DNA of 41,770 bases, taken from sequence record SRR16203515_4633. One strand, given 5' to 3'. How positions within the stretch are numbered: position 1 is the first letter of the stretch; each line of letters opens with the position of its first letter. The translations under genes were made by a program, and so were the position numbers. The notes beneath the pieces were generated by a model. That model was not told the origin of the DNA and ran no database searches. It saw only the letters and a program-made list of their open reading frames with translations. Of this stretch, positions 29,135-39,021 are shown piece by piece.

Positions 29135-29228
29135 TTTAGCAATAGCAAGTGGTATTTATTCAGTATATAAATATGAGAAATCTTTAGAAAAAGGAAAAAT
29201 CCCTTTCTCTAAAAGAATAAAGAAATAG
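29115..29228 (+). CDS. Putative 37-aa small membrane protein (not in the ORF track)
   Basis: GAGG 9 nt before ATG 29115; MIEIISSLAIASGIYSVYKYEKSLEKGKIPFSKRIKK*; ends 1 nt before the convergent gene. Confidence 0.5.
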   Translation: MIEIISSLAIASGIYSVYKYEKSLEKGKIPFSKRIKK

Positions 29229-29229
29229 T

Positions 29230-29967
29230 TTAATATCTATTATCTTTAATAAACATCACTTGATTATTCTCACCTTCTATTTCAATATGGAATAATCCAG
29301 TTGCTTTAATAAGATGGCTTAGTTTTTGATAGCCATAATTAATAGGTGAAAACGAAGAGTTTTGTGAAATATACAAACCAACAGCTGCAATATTAGACCA
29401 ACCATTATGATCTGATGTTTGTTCAACTGCCATTCTTAAAGTATGTACTAATTTTGTATCTTTTCTTAAATCTTTTTGATTTACCTTACTACTTCTCTCT
29501 TCTGAACAATCTTCATTAGAAGACTCATAAAGTTTTTCTGTATAAATAAATTGAGAGCAGGCATTAACAAGTGAGCCAGGAGTTTTTGATTCACCATAAC
29601 CATAAACAGTCAATCCATCTGATAAAATACGCGAAACAACAGGTGAGAAATCACTATCACTTGTAACTAAAGCAATTGCACTTAAGTCTTTCGTATAAAG
29701 TAAATCCATGATATCAATAACCATTGCAATATCACTAGCATTTTTACCTTTTGTATAATCAAACTGTTGTATTGGTTTGATTGCATATTCAAGTAATGAC
29801 TCTTCCCAGCCTTTTAGTTTTGGATTTTTCCAGTTACCATAGGCTTTTCTAATATTAACAACACCATATTTAGATAAATCATTTACAATACTATCTATAT
29901 ATTTCGAACTTACATTATCGCAGTCAATAAGCATAGCTATATTGTCTTGTTTCTTATTATGTTTCAT
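29230..29967 (-). CDS. NYN-domain (LabA/DUF88 PIN-like) protein with C-terminal OST-HTH/LOTUS domain
   Basis: LIDCDN, AYGNW, GKNASDIAMVID, TSDSDF; C-terminal GWSNIAAVG..FSPINYGYQKLS. Confidence 0.92.
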   Translation of the reverse strand: MKHNKKQDNIAMLIDCDNVSSKYIDSIVNDLSKYGVVNIRKAYGNWKNPKLKGWEESLLEYAIKPIQQFDYTKGKNASDIAMVIDIMDLLYTKDLSAIALVTSDSDFSPVVSRILSDGLTVYGYGESKTPGSLVNACSQFIYTEKLYESSNEDCSEERSSKVNQKDLRKDTKLVHTLRMAVEQTSDHNGWSNIAAVGLYISQNSSFSPINYGYQKLSHLIKATGLFHIEIEGENNQVMFIKDNRY

Positions 29968-30166
29968 TATTATTCTTTAATTTTTATTTTTTGAATTTAA
30001 ATATTTGTTAGGCATTTATATAATAACTAAAGTATTAATAAAAGACAAGTAAGTCAAAAAATTGACAAAGCAGTCTATAACAAGATTTTAGATAATATAT
30101 TTTATTAAATAACAAATATATTAGTATATGTAGAATACTTATTTTACGGGAGTTTCAAGAAATAAT

Positions 30167-32116
30167 ATGGCATTAGTAGATTTACAAAATATCACAAAAC
30201 AATATGATATAAAAACGATTTTAAAAGATGCAAACTTTACTCTAAATAGAGGACAAAGAATTGCAGTAATTGGTCAAAATGGACAAGGAAAATCAACATT
30301 ATTCAAAATTATTATGAGAGATGTTGAGCCAGACTCAGGGGAAATCTCTATTGATAAGTCATTAAAAATTGAGATGTTAGACCAACAACCAAAGTTTAAA
30401 GCAGGTCTTAATGTTCGAGATGCAATTGAGGGACAATTAAAAGAGCTAAAAGAAGCTAAAACAGAATATGAAGAAATCACTCAAAAAATTGCAACTGATT
30501 ATGAAAATGAAGAGTTAATTAAAAGACAAAGTCAATTAGCAACATTTATTGATTTTCATAATGCTTGGGATTTAGATAATACAATTGAGAGAGTTTTAAA
30601 AGAGTTCAAACTAAAACAATATGAATTCAAAGATGTAAACTTACTAAGTGGTGGAGAACAAAGAAGAGTTAGTCTTGCAGGATTACTACTTAAAAAACCT
30701 GATGTACTACTTTTAGATGAGCCCACGAATCACCTTGATGTTTATATGGTTGAGTTCTTAGAGAGTTTACTTCTAAAGAATAACTTCACTTTATTATTCA
30801 TTTCACATGATAGATATTTTATTGATAATATTGCTACTTCTGTTGTAGAAGTTGAAGGTGGAAGTCTAAAAAAATTCCATGGTGGTTATTCTTCTTATTT
30901 AGAACAAAAACAGCAACTATTAGAAAATATGCAAAAAGACCATGATAACTTACTTCGATTAGTAAAAAGAGAAGCTCACTGGATGCAAAGGGGAGTTACT
31001 GCTAGAAGAAAAAGAAATGAAAGAAGAAAATCTGAATATCTTGATCTTAAACAAAAAGCAAAATCAAACCCAGCTGCTATTAGAAAAATGAGCATCGAAT
31101 TAGAAAGAGAACAAAAAGCCTTTAATACAGAAGACAAACAAAGAAATAAAAAGAAAATGCTTTATGAATTAGATGATGTTTGTAAAAGCTTAGGGGATAA
31201 AGAACTAATAAGAGACTTTACTTCTAGAATTCTTCAAAAAGATACTATTGCAATTGTAGGACCAAATGGTAGTGGGAAGTCTACACTTCTTAAAATCTTT
31301 ATGGAAAAACTTGAAGTAGATAGTGGAAAGTTCAAAAAAGGTGACTTTAATATTGGATATTTTGATCAGCAAAGAGATATGCTTGATGATAACAAAAATA
31401 TTATGGATATCTTTTGTCCAGATGGAGGAGATAGAGTTACTCTGCCAGATGGAAGAGACCAACATGTATTTGGTTACTTAAAAAACTTCTTATTCCCAAG
31501 AGAATACCTAGATAAAAAAGTAGGTGTTTTAAGTGGTGGTGAAAAAAATAGAGTTGCTTTAGCTTTATTATTTACTAAAAAAGTTGATTGTTTAATCCTA
31601 GATGAGCCTACAAATGATTTAGATATTCCTACAATTAATATTCTAGAAGAGTATTTACAAAGCTTCCAAGGAGCATTAATTTTTGTATCTCACGATAGAT
31701 ATTTTGTAGATAAAATTGCAAAAAAACTATTTGTTTTCAAAGGTAAAAATGGTTTAGTTGAGGAGAGTTTCCAGCCATATTCTGAATATCTAGAGATTGA
31801 AAAAGAGATTTTTGATTTAGAAAGTTTAGAAGTTGAAACAAAAAAACAAGCGCAAGAAAAACCAAAACAAACAGTAAAAAAACAAACAAAACTATCATAC
31901 AAAGATCAAAGAGATTATGACTCATTACCAGAAGAAATAGAGAAATTAGAAGAAAAAATAGAAGAAATAAATGAGTGTCTTATGAACCCTGCTTGTTACG
32001 AGCAAAAAGGTATAGTTGCTGTATCAAAAGAGTTAGAAGATACAGAAATTATTTATGAGCAGAAAGTAGAGAGATTTTTAGAACTAGAAGAATTAATAGA
32101 GAGCTTTAATTCGTAA
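30167..32116 (+). CDS. uup: ABC-F family ATPase (Uup-like)
   Basis: Two ABC domains (GQNGQGKST/LSGGE/LDEPTN; GPNGSGKST/LSGGE/LDEPTN), WMQRGVTARRKRN linker, KLSYKDQR C-terminal coiled coil. Confidence 0.9.
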   Translation: MALVDLQNITKQYDIKTILKDANFTLNRGQRIAVIGQNGQGKSTLFKIIMRDVEPDSGEISIDKSLKIEMLDQQPKFKAGLNVRDAIEGQLKELKEAKTEYEEITQKIATDYENEELIKRQSQLATFIDFHNAWDLDNTIERVLKEFKLKQYEFKDVNLLSGGEQRRVSLAGLLLKKPDVLLLDEPTNHLDVYMVEFLESLLLKNNFTLLFISHDRYFIDNIATSVVEVEGGSLKKFHGGYSSYLEQKQQLLENMQKDHDNLLRLVKREAHWMQRGVTARRKRNERRKSEYLDLKQKAKSNPAAIRKMSIELEREQKAFNTEDKQRNKKKMLYELDDVCKSLGDKELIRDFTSRILQKDTIAIVGPNGSGKSTLLKIFMEKLEVDSGKFKKGDFNIGYFDQQRDMLDDNKNIMDIFCPDGGDRVTLPDGRDQHVFGYLKNFLFPREYLDKKVGVLSGGEKNRVALALLFTKKVDCLILDEPTNDLDIPTINILEEYLQSFQGALIFVSHDRYFVDKIAKKLFVFKGKNGLVEESFQPYSEYLEIEKEIFDLESLEVETKKQAQEKPKQTVKKQTKLSYKDQRDYDSLPEEIEKLEEKIEEINECLMNPACYEQKGIVAVSKELEDTEIIYEQKVERFLELEELIESFNS

Positions 32117-32118
32117 GT

Positions 32119-32127
32119 TGCTATAAT
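32119..32127 (+). promoter_or_regulatory. Extended -10 promoter (TGcTATAAT)
   Basis: Perfect TGnTATAAT 41 nt before ATG 32169. Confidence 0.55.
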
Positions 32128-32168
32128 AATGATAAATTTTATAAAATAATTTTTCAACAAGGATATGC

Positions 32169-32612
32169 ATGAGTTTAAAACAACAACTTAAAGATGATGT
32201 AAAAGTTGCAATGAGAGAAAAAAACGTAGTAAAAAGAGACTCAATTAGAGCTATTAATACTATGATTAAACAAATCGAAGTTGATGAAAGAATTGAATTA
32301 ACAGACGAAGATATTATTAAACTTATTCAAAAAGGTATTAAACAAAGAGAAGAAGCAGTTACTCAATATAAAGCCGCTTCTAGAGATGATTTAGTAGCAA
32401 AAGAACAAGAACAAATTGACGTATTTAGTATTTATTTACCTGCTCAGTTAAGTGATGAAGAACTTGAAGCTGGAATGAAAGAAATTGTTGAAGCAGTAGG
32501 CGCTACATCAATGAAAGACATGGGTAAAGTAATGGGTCAAGCAACAAAAAGATTTGCAGGTGTTGCAGATGGAAAAAGAATAAACGAAGTTACAAAAAAA
32601 TTATTATCATAA
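32169..32612 (+). CDS. GatB/YqeY domain protein
   Basis: LKDDVKVAMREK..KQREEA..YLPAQLS..KDMGKVMG..ADGK. Confidence 0.95.
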   Translation: MSLKQQLKDDVKVAMREKNVVKRDSIRAINTMIKQIEVDERIELTDEDIIKLIQKGIKQREEAVTQYKAASRDDLVAKEQEQIDVFSIYLPAQLSDEELEAGMKEIVEAVGATSMKDMGKVMGQATKRFAGVADGKRINEVTKKLLS

Positions 32613-32642
32613 ATTAAATAATTTCAAATAAGTAGGTAAAAA

Positions 32643-33767
32643 ATGGAAGTAAAAGATATTATAGAAAACTTATCACCAAGAGAGAGAAGTGAAGTTAATA
32701 GTAAAAATATAGATTCAATACAAAAATTAATTCCTCTATTACTAAAAAGGGTTACTCCTGAAAATGTAGAACCTCTAGCTTCACTACTTAGGAAATCAGT
32801 TTTACCATCAATATGTTTAGATGTTGATGATAAAATAGAACATTTATTTATAAAGATTGAGGCAAATCCTCAACTGCTTTTTAAAGAAGAAGTTCAAGGA
32901 AAAATCGAAGATTTTATTTTAAAAAGATTTGAAGCAGACAAAAAATTAGTTATCGAACAAACTTCTGATATTTCTAAATTTGTAACATTAATGGGACAAT
33001 ACCTAAATGATGCAATTTCAAGTAGTGGAAATGGTTCTAAAAATGTTTTAGGTATAAAAGAGAAAATCGAATCAATTGATCTTAATGCTAATGGATTAAA
33101 AGAGCTAGAACAACTACAATCAGAATTAGTTAAAGCTGCATCTTCTATTGAAGATGAAATGGATACAGTAAGTGATAAACTAAAAAGTGGAAAATCTAAA
33201 GTTCAAGAGCTTGAAGAAAAAGTAAAAACACTTGAAGAAGAGTTAACTAAGTCAAAAAGTGAAAGTATGAAAGATCACCTTACTGGATTACTTACAAGAC
33301 GAGCTTATGATGAAGAAGTAAAAAGAATTGAAAGTCAATATAAAAGAAACAATACACAATATGCTGTTGTATTCTTTGACTTAGATTACTTCAAAAAAAT
33401 CAATGATACTTACGGTCATGACTGTGGGGACGTGATTTTATCTACATTTGCAAAGATACTGGATAAAAACACACGAGATGAAGATATTGTAGGAAGATAT
33501 GGAGGAGAAGAGTTTGTAGCTATTGTACACTTTAATCTAACAAGAGAATTACTACAATATTTAAAAAGAATCAAAACAATTGTAACTTCAAATAGTTTCT
33601 TATATAAAGGAAACAAAATCAAAGTTACATTCTCAGCAGGTGTATCTATTAGACCTAATCAAGAATCTTATGAGAATACTATTCAAAAAGCTGATATGTT
33701 ATTATATGAAGCAAAAGAGAATGGTAGAGACCAAATCAAACTAGAAGATGGTCGTACTATAAAATAG
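32643..33767 (+). CDS. Diguanylate cyclase (coiled coil plus GGDEF)
   Basis: DHLTGL, DLDYFKKINDTYGHDCGD, I-site RDED, RYGGEEF. Confidence 0.94.
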   Translation: MEVKDIIENLSPRERSEVNSKNIDSIQKLIPLLLKRVTPENVEPLASLLRKSVLPSICLDVDDKIEHLFIKIEANPQLLFKEEVQGKIEDFILKRFEADKKLVIEQTSDISKFVTLMGQYLNDAISSSGNGSKNVLGIKEKIESIDLNANGLKELEQLQSELVKAASSIEDEMDTVSDKLKSGKSKVQELEEKVKTLEEELTKSKSESMKDHLTGLLTRRAYDEEVKRIESQYKRNNTQYAVVFFDLDYFKKINDTYGHDCGDVILSTFAKILDKNTRDEDIVGRYGGEEFVAIVHFNLTRELLQYLKRIKTIVTSNSFLYKGNKIKVTFSAGVSIRPNQESYENTIQKADMLLYEAKENGRDQIKLEDGRTIK

Positions 33768-33796
33768 TTAAGTAATTAAGTTTACTTACCTATTTT
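33761..33796 (+). terminator. Probable intrinsic terminator after the DGC
   Basis: AAAATAG-TT-AAGTAA...TTACTT-AC-CTATTTT hairpin spanning the stop codon. Confidence 0.5.
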
Positions 33797-34160
33797 TATG
33801 AACAAAACTTTTATTTATTACATTATCTTTACACTAAATTATATATTTAAGACATCTTTTTCCCACTAAAAACATTATATTATCCAAGTTTATTTATTAT
33901 TATATCATTCTAAATTATGATTTTTTTTCAAAATTCTTTTGAAAACTGGATTATTTTGATATAAAAAAGAACTATTTTTTGTTTTTTTGTAATAGAAGTA
34001 TAGCAATTTTGATTGTTTTTGAATGGGATATAAAGTAGATGAGTTAGACATAACATAATATATCTAACTCATATTTCAGGTAATAATAATTTTCTATGTG
34101 GAATTTTTTTGAAAGAAAAATCCCCCTACTATCTATAAATAAGAACTATCTATAAAAAGA

Positions 34161-34571
34161 TTAGTTCATTGAGTAACCAATATTAGAATGGTTCTTAATT
34201 AGGTCATAATATGTTTTATCTCTTAAAGTTTTTACTTTATTTCTTAGAGTAAATCTAGTCATATTTTTACCTTTCCAAGCAACACTATGAATTGTTTCAA
34301 TAGGAACAATTTCACCTTTATTCTCTAATAATAAAGAGAAAAGAGCTTCTTCAATTCTTGTTAACTTAACCTGCTCATCGTAGCTGTTGAATAGTTTTGA
34401 AGTTGCTTTGTTGTAATAGAAACCATTGTCTAATTGAACAATACTATTAATGTCTTTTTCGATTAGTTTACCGATGTACTCATCAAGTGTAATATTCAGT
34501 TTATTGATTTTTTCATTTAACTTAATATTGTCACTGTCGTTTATAGAAATATTTAATTTTAAATCTTCCAT
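34161..34571 (-). CDS. OmpR-type winged-helix regulator without receiver; short N-terminal RHH-like segment
   Basis: KLTRIEEALFSLLLENKGEIV..W..TLRNKVKTLR..IKNHSNIGY. Confidence 0.85.
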   Translation of the reverse strand: MEDLKLNISINDSDNIKLNEKINKLNITLDEYIGKLIEKDINSIVQLDNGFYYNKATSKLFNSYDEQVKLTRIEEALFSLLLENKGEIVPIETIHSVAWKGKNMTRFTLRNKVKTLRDKTYYDLIKNHSNIGYSMN

Positions 34572-34611
34572 GATCCTGTCCTTTTTGTTTTTATTTATTT
34601 ATTTATTTGTA

Positions 34612-34645
34612 ATAATAACATTTTCATGTGTACTTCTTGTGTAAG
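34612..34645 (-). promoter_or_regulatory. Direct-repeat box plus extended -10 upstream of the wHTH gene
   Basis: Minus strand CTTACAC-AAGA-AGTACAC-ATGAAAATGT-TATTAT. Confidence 0.55.
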
Positions 34646-34982
34646 TAAATTATATATAAATAAAAAAATAAATATATGATATTTTTTTAATTATAGCAAA
34701 AAACACTATATTTTTATTAAAGTATAGCATTTTTGCTATAAAAGTCCAAGGGTTTTTACTAAAAGTAATTTAATAATGTAAATAATATGTATTATTTTCG
34801 CATTTAACGCAAGAAATAAATTTTTGAAATTTTTTTACTTTTTTACGAAAATTCCCATTTTATTCATTTTTTTTCATTTTTTAGTAATTATTTTTTTATT
34901 TATTCATAAAACAAGAATTAAAAAACAAAGAATTAAACACTAAAAGTATAAAATTCTAGGAACATTCCACAAAAGGATTTTT

Positions 34983-36110
34983 ATGAATGATGATTTTTAT
35001 TCTAAATTAAAAGCAATTAACAGTATTAAAGAAATTACAAAAAACAATATATATTCAAAACTGCCAAAGGATTGGTATATTTTGGCTACAGATATTAAAG
35101 ATTCTACTATTGCTATTAAAGAAGGAAAATATAAAGAAGTTAATATGGTTGGAGCATTAACCATCATCTCAATTTTAAATATAAATAAAAACATCGATTT
35201 ACCTTATGTATTTGGAGGAGACGGTGCATTTGTGATAATTCCACAAAGTATTTATCATGAAGCAAAACAGTCCCTCTTAGCTATTCAAAAGATTTCTAAA
35301 GATGCATATGACTTAAACTTAAGAATTGCCTCTATATGTATTGAAGAAGTATGTAAGAACAATAAAGAAGTATTAATCTCAAAATTAAAAGTTTCAAAGG
35401 ATTATTACCAAGCAATTATCAATGGTGGAGGATTAGAACTTTGTGATGATTTATTAAAAAACTCAAACAGCTTTTTAATTAAAGATAAAATAGATGAAAA
35501 CTTTCAAGTTGATATAAGTGGACTTGAGTGTAGATGGGAAGCAATTCCTTCTCCAAAGGACGATACTTTATCAATACTAATAAAAAGCAAAAATGAATCT
35601 TATTATGAAAATATACTATCTAATATAGAATCAATAATTGGCGATAATAAAAAAAGACACCCTATTTTAGAAAACTCTTTAAACTTAAGTTTTAAAGATA
35701 AAGACTTGAATTATGAATCATCTATTTATTCTCAAAATCTTTTTATGAAAAAACTAATTAATCTAAAATTAAAAATGATAAATGTAATTGGTTATATATT
35801 AATGAAACTCAATTTAAAAGATTGGTCTACATATAAACAAAGAGTTTTATCCACTACAGATACAGAAAAATTTGATGACATTTTAAGAATGGTAGTATCA
35901 ACAAGCAAAGAAGAAACACAAATTCTAGAAGAGTATTTAGAAAAAGAGTTTCAAAAAAATAAGCTAATATATGGTATTCACAAATCAGACTCAGCACTAA
36001 TGACATGTTTAATATTTGAAAGACATGGAAGACATATACACTTTGTAGATGGCTCAAACGGTGGATATGCCCTTGCAGCAAAAGATTTCAAGAATAAAAC
36101 TCTTATATAA
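34983..36110 (+). CDS. DUF3095 family protein
   Basis: TDIKDST.AI..G.YK.VNMVGA, PYVFGGDGA, SGLECRW, HIHFVDGSNGGY. Confidence 0.85.
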   Translation: MNDDFYSKLKAINSIKEITKNNIYSKLPKDWYILATDIKDSTIAIKEGKYKEVNMVGALTIISILNINKNIDLPYVFGGDGAFVIIPQSIYHEAKQSLLAIQKISKDAYDLNLRIASICIEEVCKNNKEVLISKLKVSKDYYQAIINGGGLELCDDLLKNSNSFLIKDKIDENFQVDISGLECRWEAIPSPKDDTLSILIKSKNESYYENILSNIESIIGDNKKRHPILENSLNLSFKDKDLNYESSIYSQNLFMKKLINLKLKMINVIGYILMKLNLKDWSTYKQRVLSTTDTEKFDDILRMVVSTSKEETQILEEYLEKEFQKNKLIYGIHKSDSALMTCLIFERHGRHIHFVDGSNGGYALAAKDFKNKTLI

Positions 36111-36227
36111 GTATAAATTGTAACTATTATAATAATTTATTAGCTACTTATTTATTATTACTTGAAAACTTTTATATTATTTAGTTATTTTGGTATAATA
36201 TTTTTAACTTTTTATAAAAGGCTAAGT

Positions 36228-38612
36228 ATGGGAAGAGTTGATATCTGTATGAAAATTAGACCAACTGTATTAACATTATTTATATTACTAACTGGGATTA
36301 TTATTGCAATTAGTTTATCTCTTCAATATTATTTTTTGAAAGAACTTGCATTTAATGCAACGGATGAGAATATGACACATATCTCAGAAAAGATTGAACA
36401 AAAAATAAAAAATCTTGATGAAAAAAACAATAATATAATTTCGAACCTTGAACTATATAAATCAATACATGATATTCCAAAAAAAAATGAAAGACACCCT
36501 CTTCTACCACTTATTTCTAATACTTTAAATAATAACAAATTTATCTATGCTATTTATGTAGGAACAGTAAAAGGCAGTTTCTATGAAGTAATTAATCTAG
36601 ATATTGATAAGAAATTAAGAGAAAAATACAATGCCTCTAAAGATATGAAATGGCTTGTAATCAAGATATATACAGAAAATGAAGAACGAGTTCAATATGA
36701 AGAATTCTTAGATTCAAATCTAAAACAAATAAGAAGTAAAAAATCCCTTGCAAAATATGATCCAAGTGTAAGACCATGGTTTAAAGAAGCCAGAAAAACT
36801 CACAAAATAATCAAAACTGACCCATATATGTACACAAACCTAGAAGCAAAAGGGACTACTTATGCAAAGGAAGTTCCTAATAGTGATTGTGTATTAGGAG
36901 TTGATGTATCTTTAGTGAGTATGTCTAATTTCTTAAAAACTCAACTTGTTTTTGAGGATAGTGAAATTTATCTTTTCAGAGATAAAAACAAAGTTACAGC
37001 AAGTGCAAACCAAGGTGAAAACTATAAAAACTTGGACTTTGAGGAACTTAGAAAAAATCTAAAAATAAATAATACAAACTCTAGTTCTAAAATCATAGAA
37101 ATAAATGAAAAAAAATACTTTACATACTTTTCTACACTTAATTCAAGCTATGATAAAAAAGAGTATCTAACAGTGTTATTACCTCTAAAAAGAATAATGG
37201 AGCCTTATAACAAAGATATTCTAATTTCATCTGTTACAACTCTTTTAATATTACTACTATCAACTCCATTAGTTTGGTTAGCTACAAAACTACTAGCTGT
37301 TCCAATTCAAAACTTAGCTAATGAAAATAGAAAAATTATAAACAGAAAATTTAAAGATGTAGTTTTTGTAAAAACAAATATCAAAGAGTTAGATGACTTA
37401 TCAAGATCATTAGTGAAGCTTTCTATTTCTATGCAAAAGTATGAAAAAGACCAAAAAGAATTAATGGACTCATTTATCAAAATCATTGCAAGTGCTATAG
37501 ATGCTAAATCAAAATATACAGGTGGACATTGTGAAAGAGTACCAGAACTTAGTATGATGATTGCACAAGCAGCAAGTGATGATAAAGAAGTTTTTAAAGA
37601 CTTTATAATAAAAAATGAAGATGAGAAAAGAGAATTAAACATAGCAGCTTGGTTACACGATTGTGGAAAGGTAACAACACCTGAATATGTAGTAGATAAA
37701 GCTACAAAACTAGAAACTATATACAATAGAATACATGAAATTAGAACTAGATTTGAAGTATTACATAGAGATATAACTATTCAAACACTTACCAATATTA
37801 TCAATGGAGCAGATGAAAAAGAAGAAAAACAAAAACTTCAAGACTCACATAAAAAACTACATGAAGAATATGAATGCATTGCAAATGCAAATATTGGTGG
37901 AGAATTCATGGACAAAGAAGATATTGAAAAAATTAAAGAAATATCAAAAAGAACATGGACAAGAAACTTCGATAATAGTATTGGATTATCAAGAGATGAA
38001 AGAGAAAGACTACAAACAAATAAAAATAATACAACTCCACAAGTAGAAAAAATACTTGATGATAAAATTGAGCATATAGTTGAAAGAGAACTACATATGG
38101 AAAAAGAGTATGAGAAATATGGAATGAAGCTTGATACTCCTGAACATATGTATAACTTTGGAGAAGTATATAATCTTTCAATAAAAAGAGGAACACTAAC
38201 AAACGAAGAGCGATATAAAATTAATGAACATATTATGATGTCAATAGTAATGTTAGAGCAATTACCATTTTTAGAAAATCTAAAAAGAGTACCAGAATAT
38301 GCAGTAGCCCATCACGAAACATTAATAGGTACAGGATACCCTAGAAAACTAACAAAAGATCAAATGAGTGTACCAGCTAGGATATTAGCAGTTGCGGATG
38401 TATTTGAGGCTTTAACATCATCAGATAGACCATATAAAGAAGCTAAAACTTTATCTGAATCTATAAAAATCTTAAGTTTTATGGTTAAAGACCAGCATCT
38501 AGATAAGGATATTTTTGAGATGTTCTTAAAAACAGGTATTTACAAAGATTATGCACATAAATTCTTATTAAAAGAACAAATAGATGAAGTAGATATATCT
38601 AAATATATCTAA
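36228..38612 (+). CDS. Membrane-anchored HD-GYP c-di-GMP phosphodiesterase (Cache-like sensor, HAMP-like linker)
   Basis: Two TM segments, YDPSVRPWF, YTGGHCERV, LHDCGK, HHETLIGTGYP, ADVFEAL..RPYK. TGgTATAAT at 36191-36199 argues for a start at 36228 or 36249. Confidence 0.9.
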   Translation: MGRVDICMKIRPTVLTLFILLTGIIIAISLSLQYYFLKELAFNATDENMTHISEKIEQKIKNLDEKNNNIISNLELYKSIHDIPKKNERHPLLPLISNTLNNNKFIYAIYVGTVKGSFYEVINLDIDKKLREKYNASKDMKWLVIKIYTENEERVQYEEFLDSNLKQIRSKKSLAKYDPSVRPWFKEARKTHKIIKTDPYMYTNLEAKGTTYAKEVPNSDCVLGVDVSLVSMSNFLKTQLVFEDSEIYLFRDKNKVTASANQGENYKNLDFEELRKNLKINNTNSSSKIIEINEKKYFTYFSTLNSSYDKKEYLTVLLPLKRIMEPYNKDILISSVTTLLILLLSTPLVWLATKLLAVPIQNLANENRKIINRKFKDVVFVKTNIKELDDLSRSLVKLSISMQKYEKDQKELMDSFIKIIASAIDAKSKYTGGHCERVPELSMMIAQAASDDKEVFKDFIIKNEDEKRELNIAAWLHDCGKVTTPEYVVDKATKLETIYNRIHEIRTRFEVLHRDITIQTLTNIINGADEKEEKQKLQDSHKKLHEEYECIANANIGGEFMDKEDIEKIKEISKRTWTRNFDNSIGLSRDERERLQTNKNNTTPQVEKILDDKIEHIVERELHMEKEYEKYGMKLDTPEHMYNFGEVYNLSIKRGTLTNEERYKINEHIMMSIVMLEQLPFLENLKRVPEYAVAHHETLIGTGYPRKLTKDQMSVPARILAVADVFEALTSSDRPYKEAKTLSESIKILSFMVKDQHLDKDIFEMFLKTGIYKDYAHKFLLKEQIDEVDISKYI

Positions 38613-38671
38613 TCATCTAAAATGTATCACATATACAAAAAATTTCGCTATACTTCCGCCAAAGGATTATT

Positions 38672-39007
38672 ATGAAAAAAACTTTCAGATTACAAGTAGC
38701 AAACAAACATCCTGACAGACAAGTAGAAGCTATTAAAAACGAAATTAGAAAATACATCAAAAGAGAAAAGAAAAAACCTCTTTCAGATGGTTTTGATCAT
38801 TGGAACTTCAATTGTAAGTTTGGTAAAAATGACGAAACACCAGCAGTAATTAACTTCCCAGATATTACAAAATGTATCGATGAAGCGGCAAGTGAAAACT
38901 GTGAAACATTCTATATGGAAATTATCGCACAAGAAGCAGTAAGACCTCCAAAAGAAGAAAAAACAGTAGAAGTAATTGAAGAGATTACAGATGAGCAAGC
39001 AGAATAA
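38672..39007 (+). CDS. Conserved hypothetical protein (DUF6172-like)
   Basis: MKKTF..KHPDRQVEAIKNEIRKYIKRE..WNFNCKFG; AAGGA RBS. Confidence 0.75.
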   Translation: MKKTFRLQVANKHPDRQVEAIKNEIRKYIKREKKKPLSDGFDHWNFNCKFGKNDETPAVINFPDITKCIDEAASENCETFYMEIIAQEAVRPPKEEKTVEVIEEITDEQAE

Positions 39008-39016
39008 TTCTGCTTG
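38996..39016. terminator. Hairpin between convergent genes
   Basis: Perfect inverted repeat CAAGCAGAAT-A-ATTCTGCTTG. Confidence 0.6.
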
Positions 39017-39021
39017 TGAAA

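Noticed and set aside
29230-29967. NYN protein as part of a defence island
   Set aside because: Common stand-alone NYN-LOTUS architecture with no defence or mobile genes nearby.
34098-34126. c-di-GMP-I riboswitch suggested by a GAAA-loop hairpin
   Set aside because: The other conserved riboswitch elements are absent, and it lies between two 3' ends rather than in a leader.
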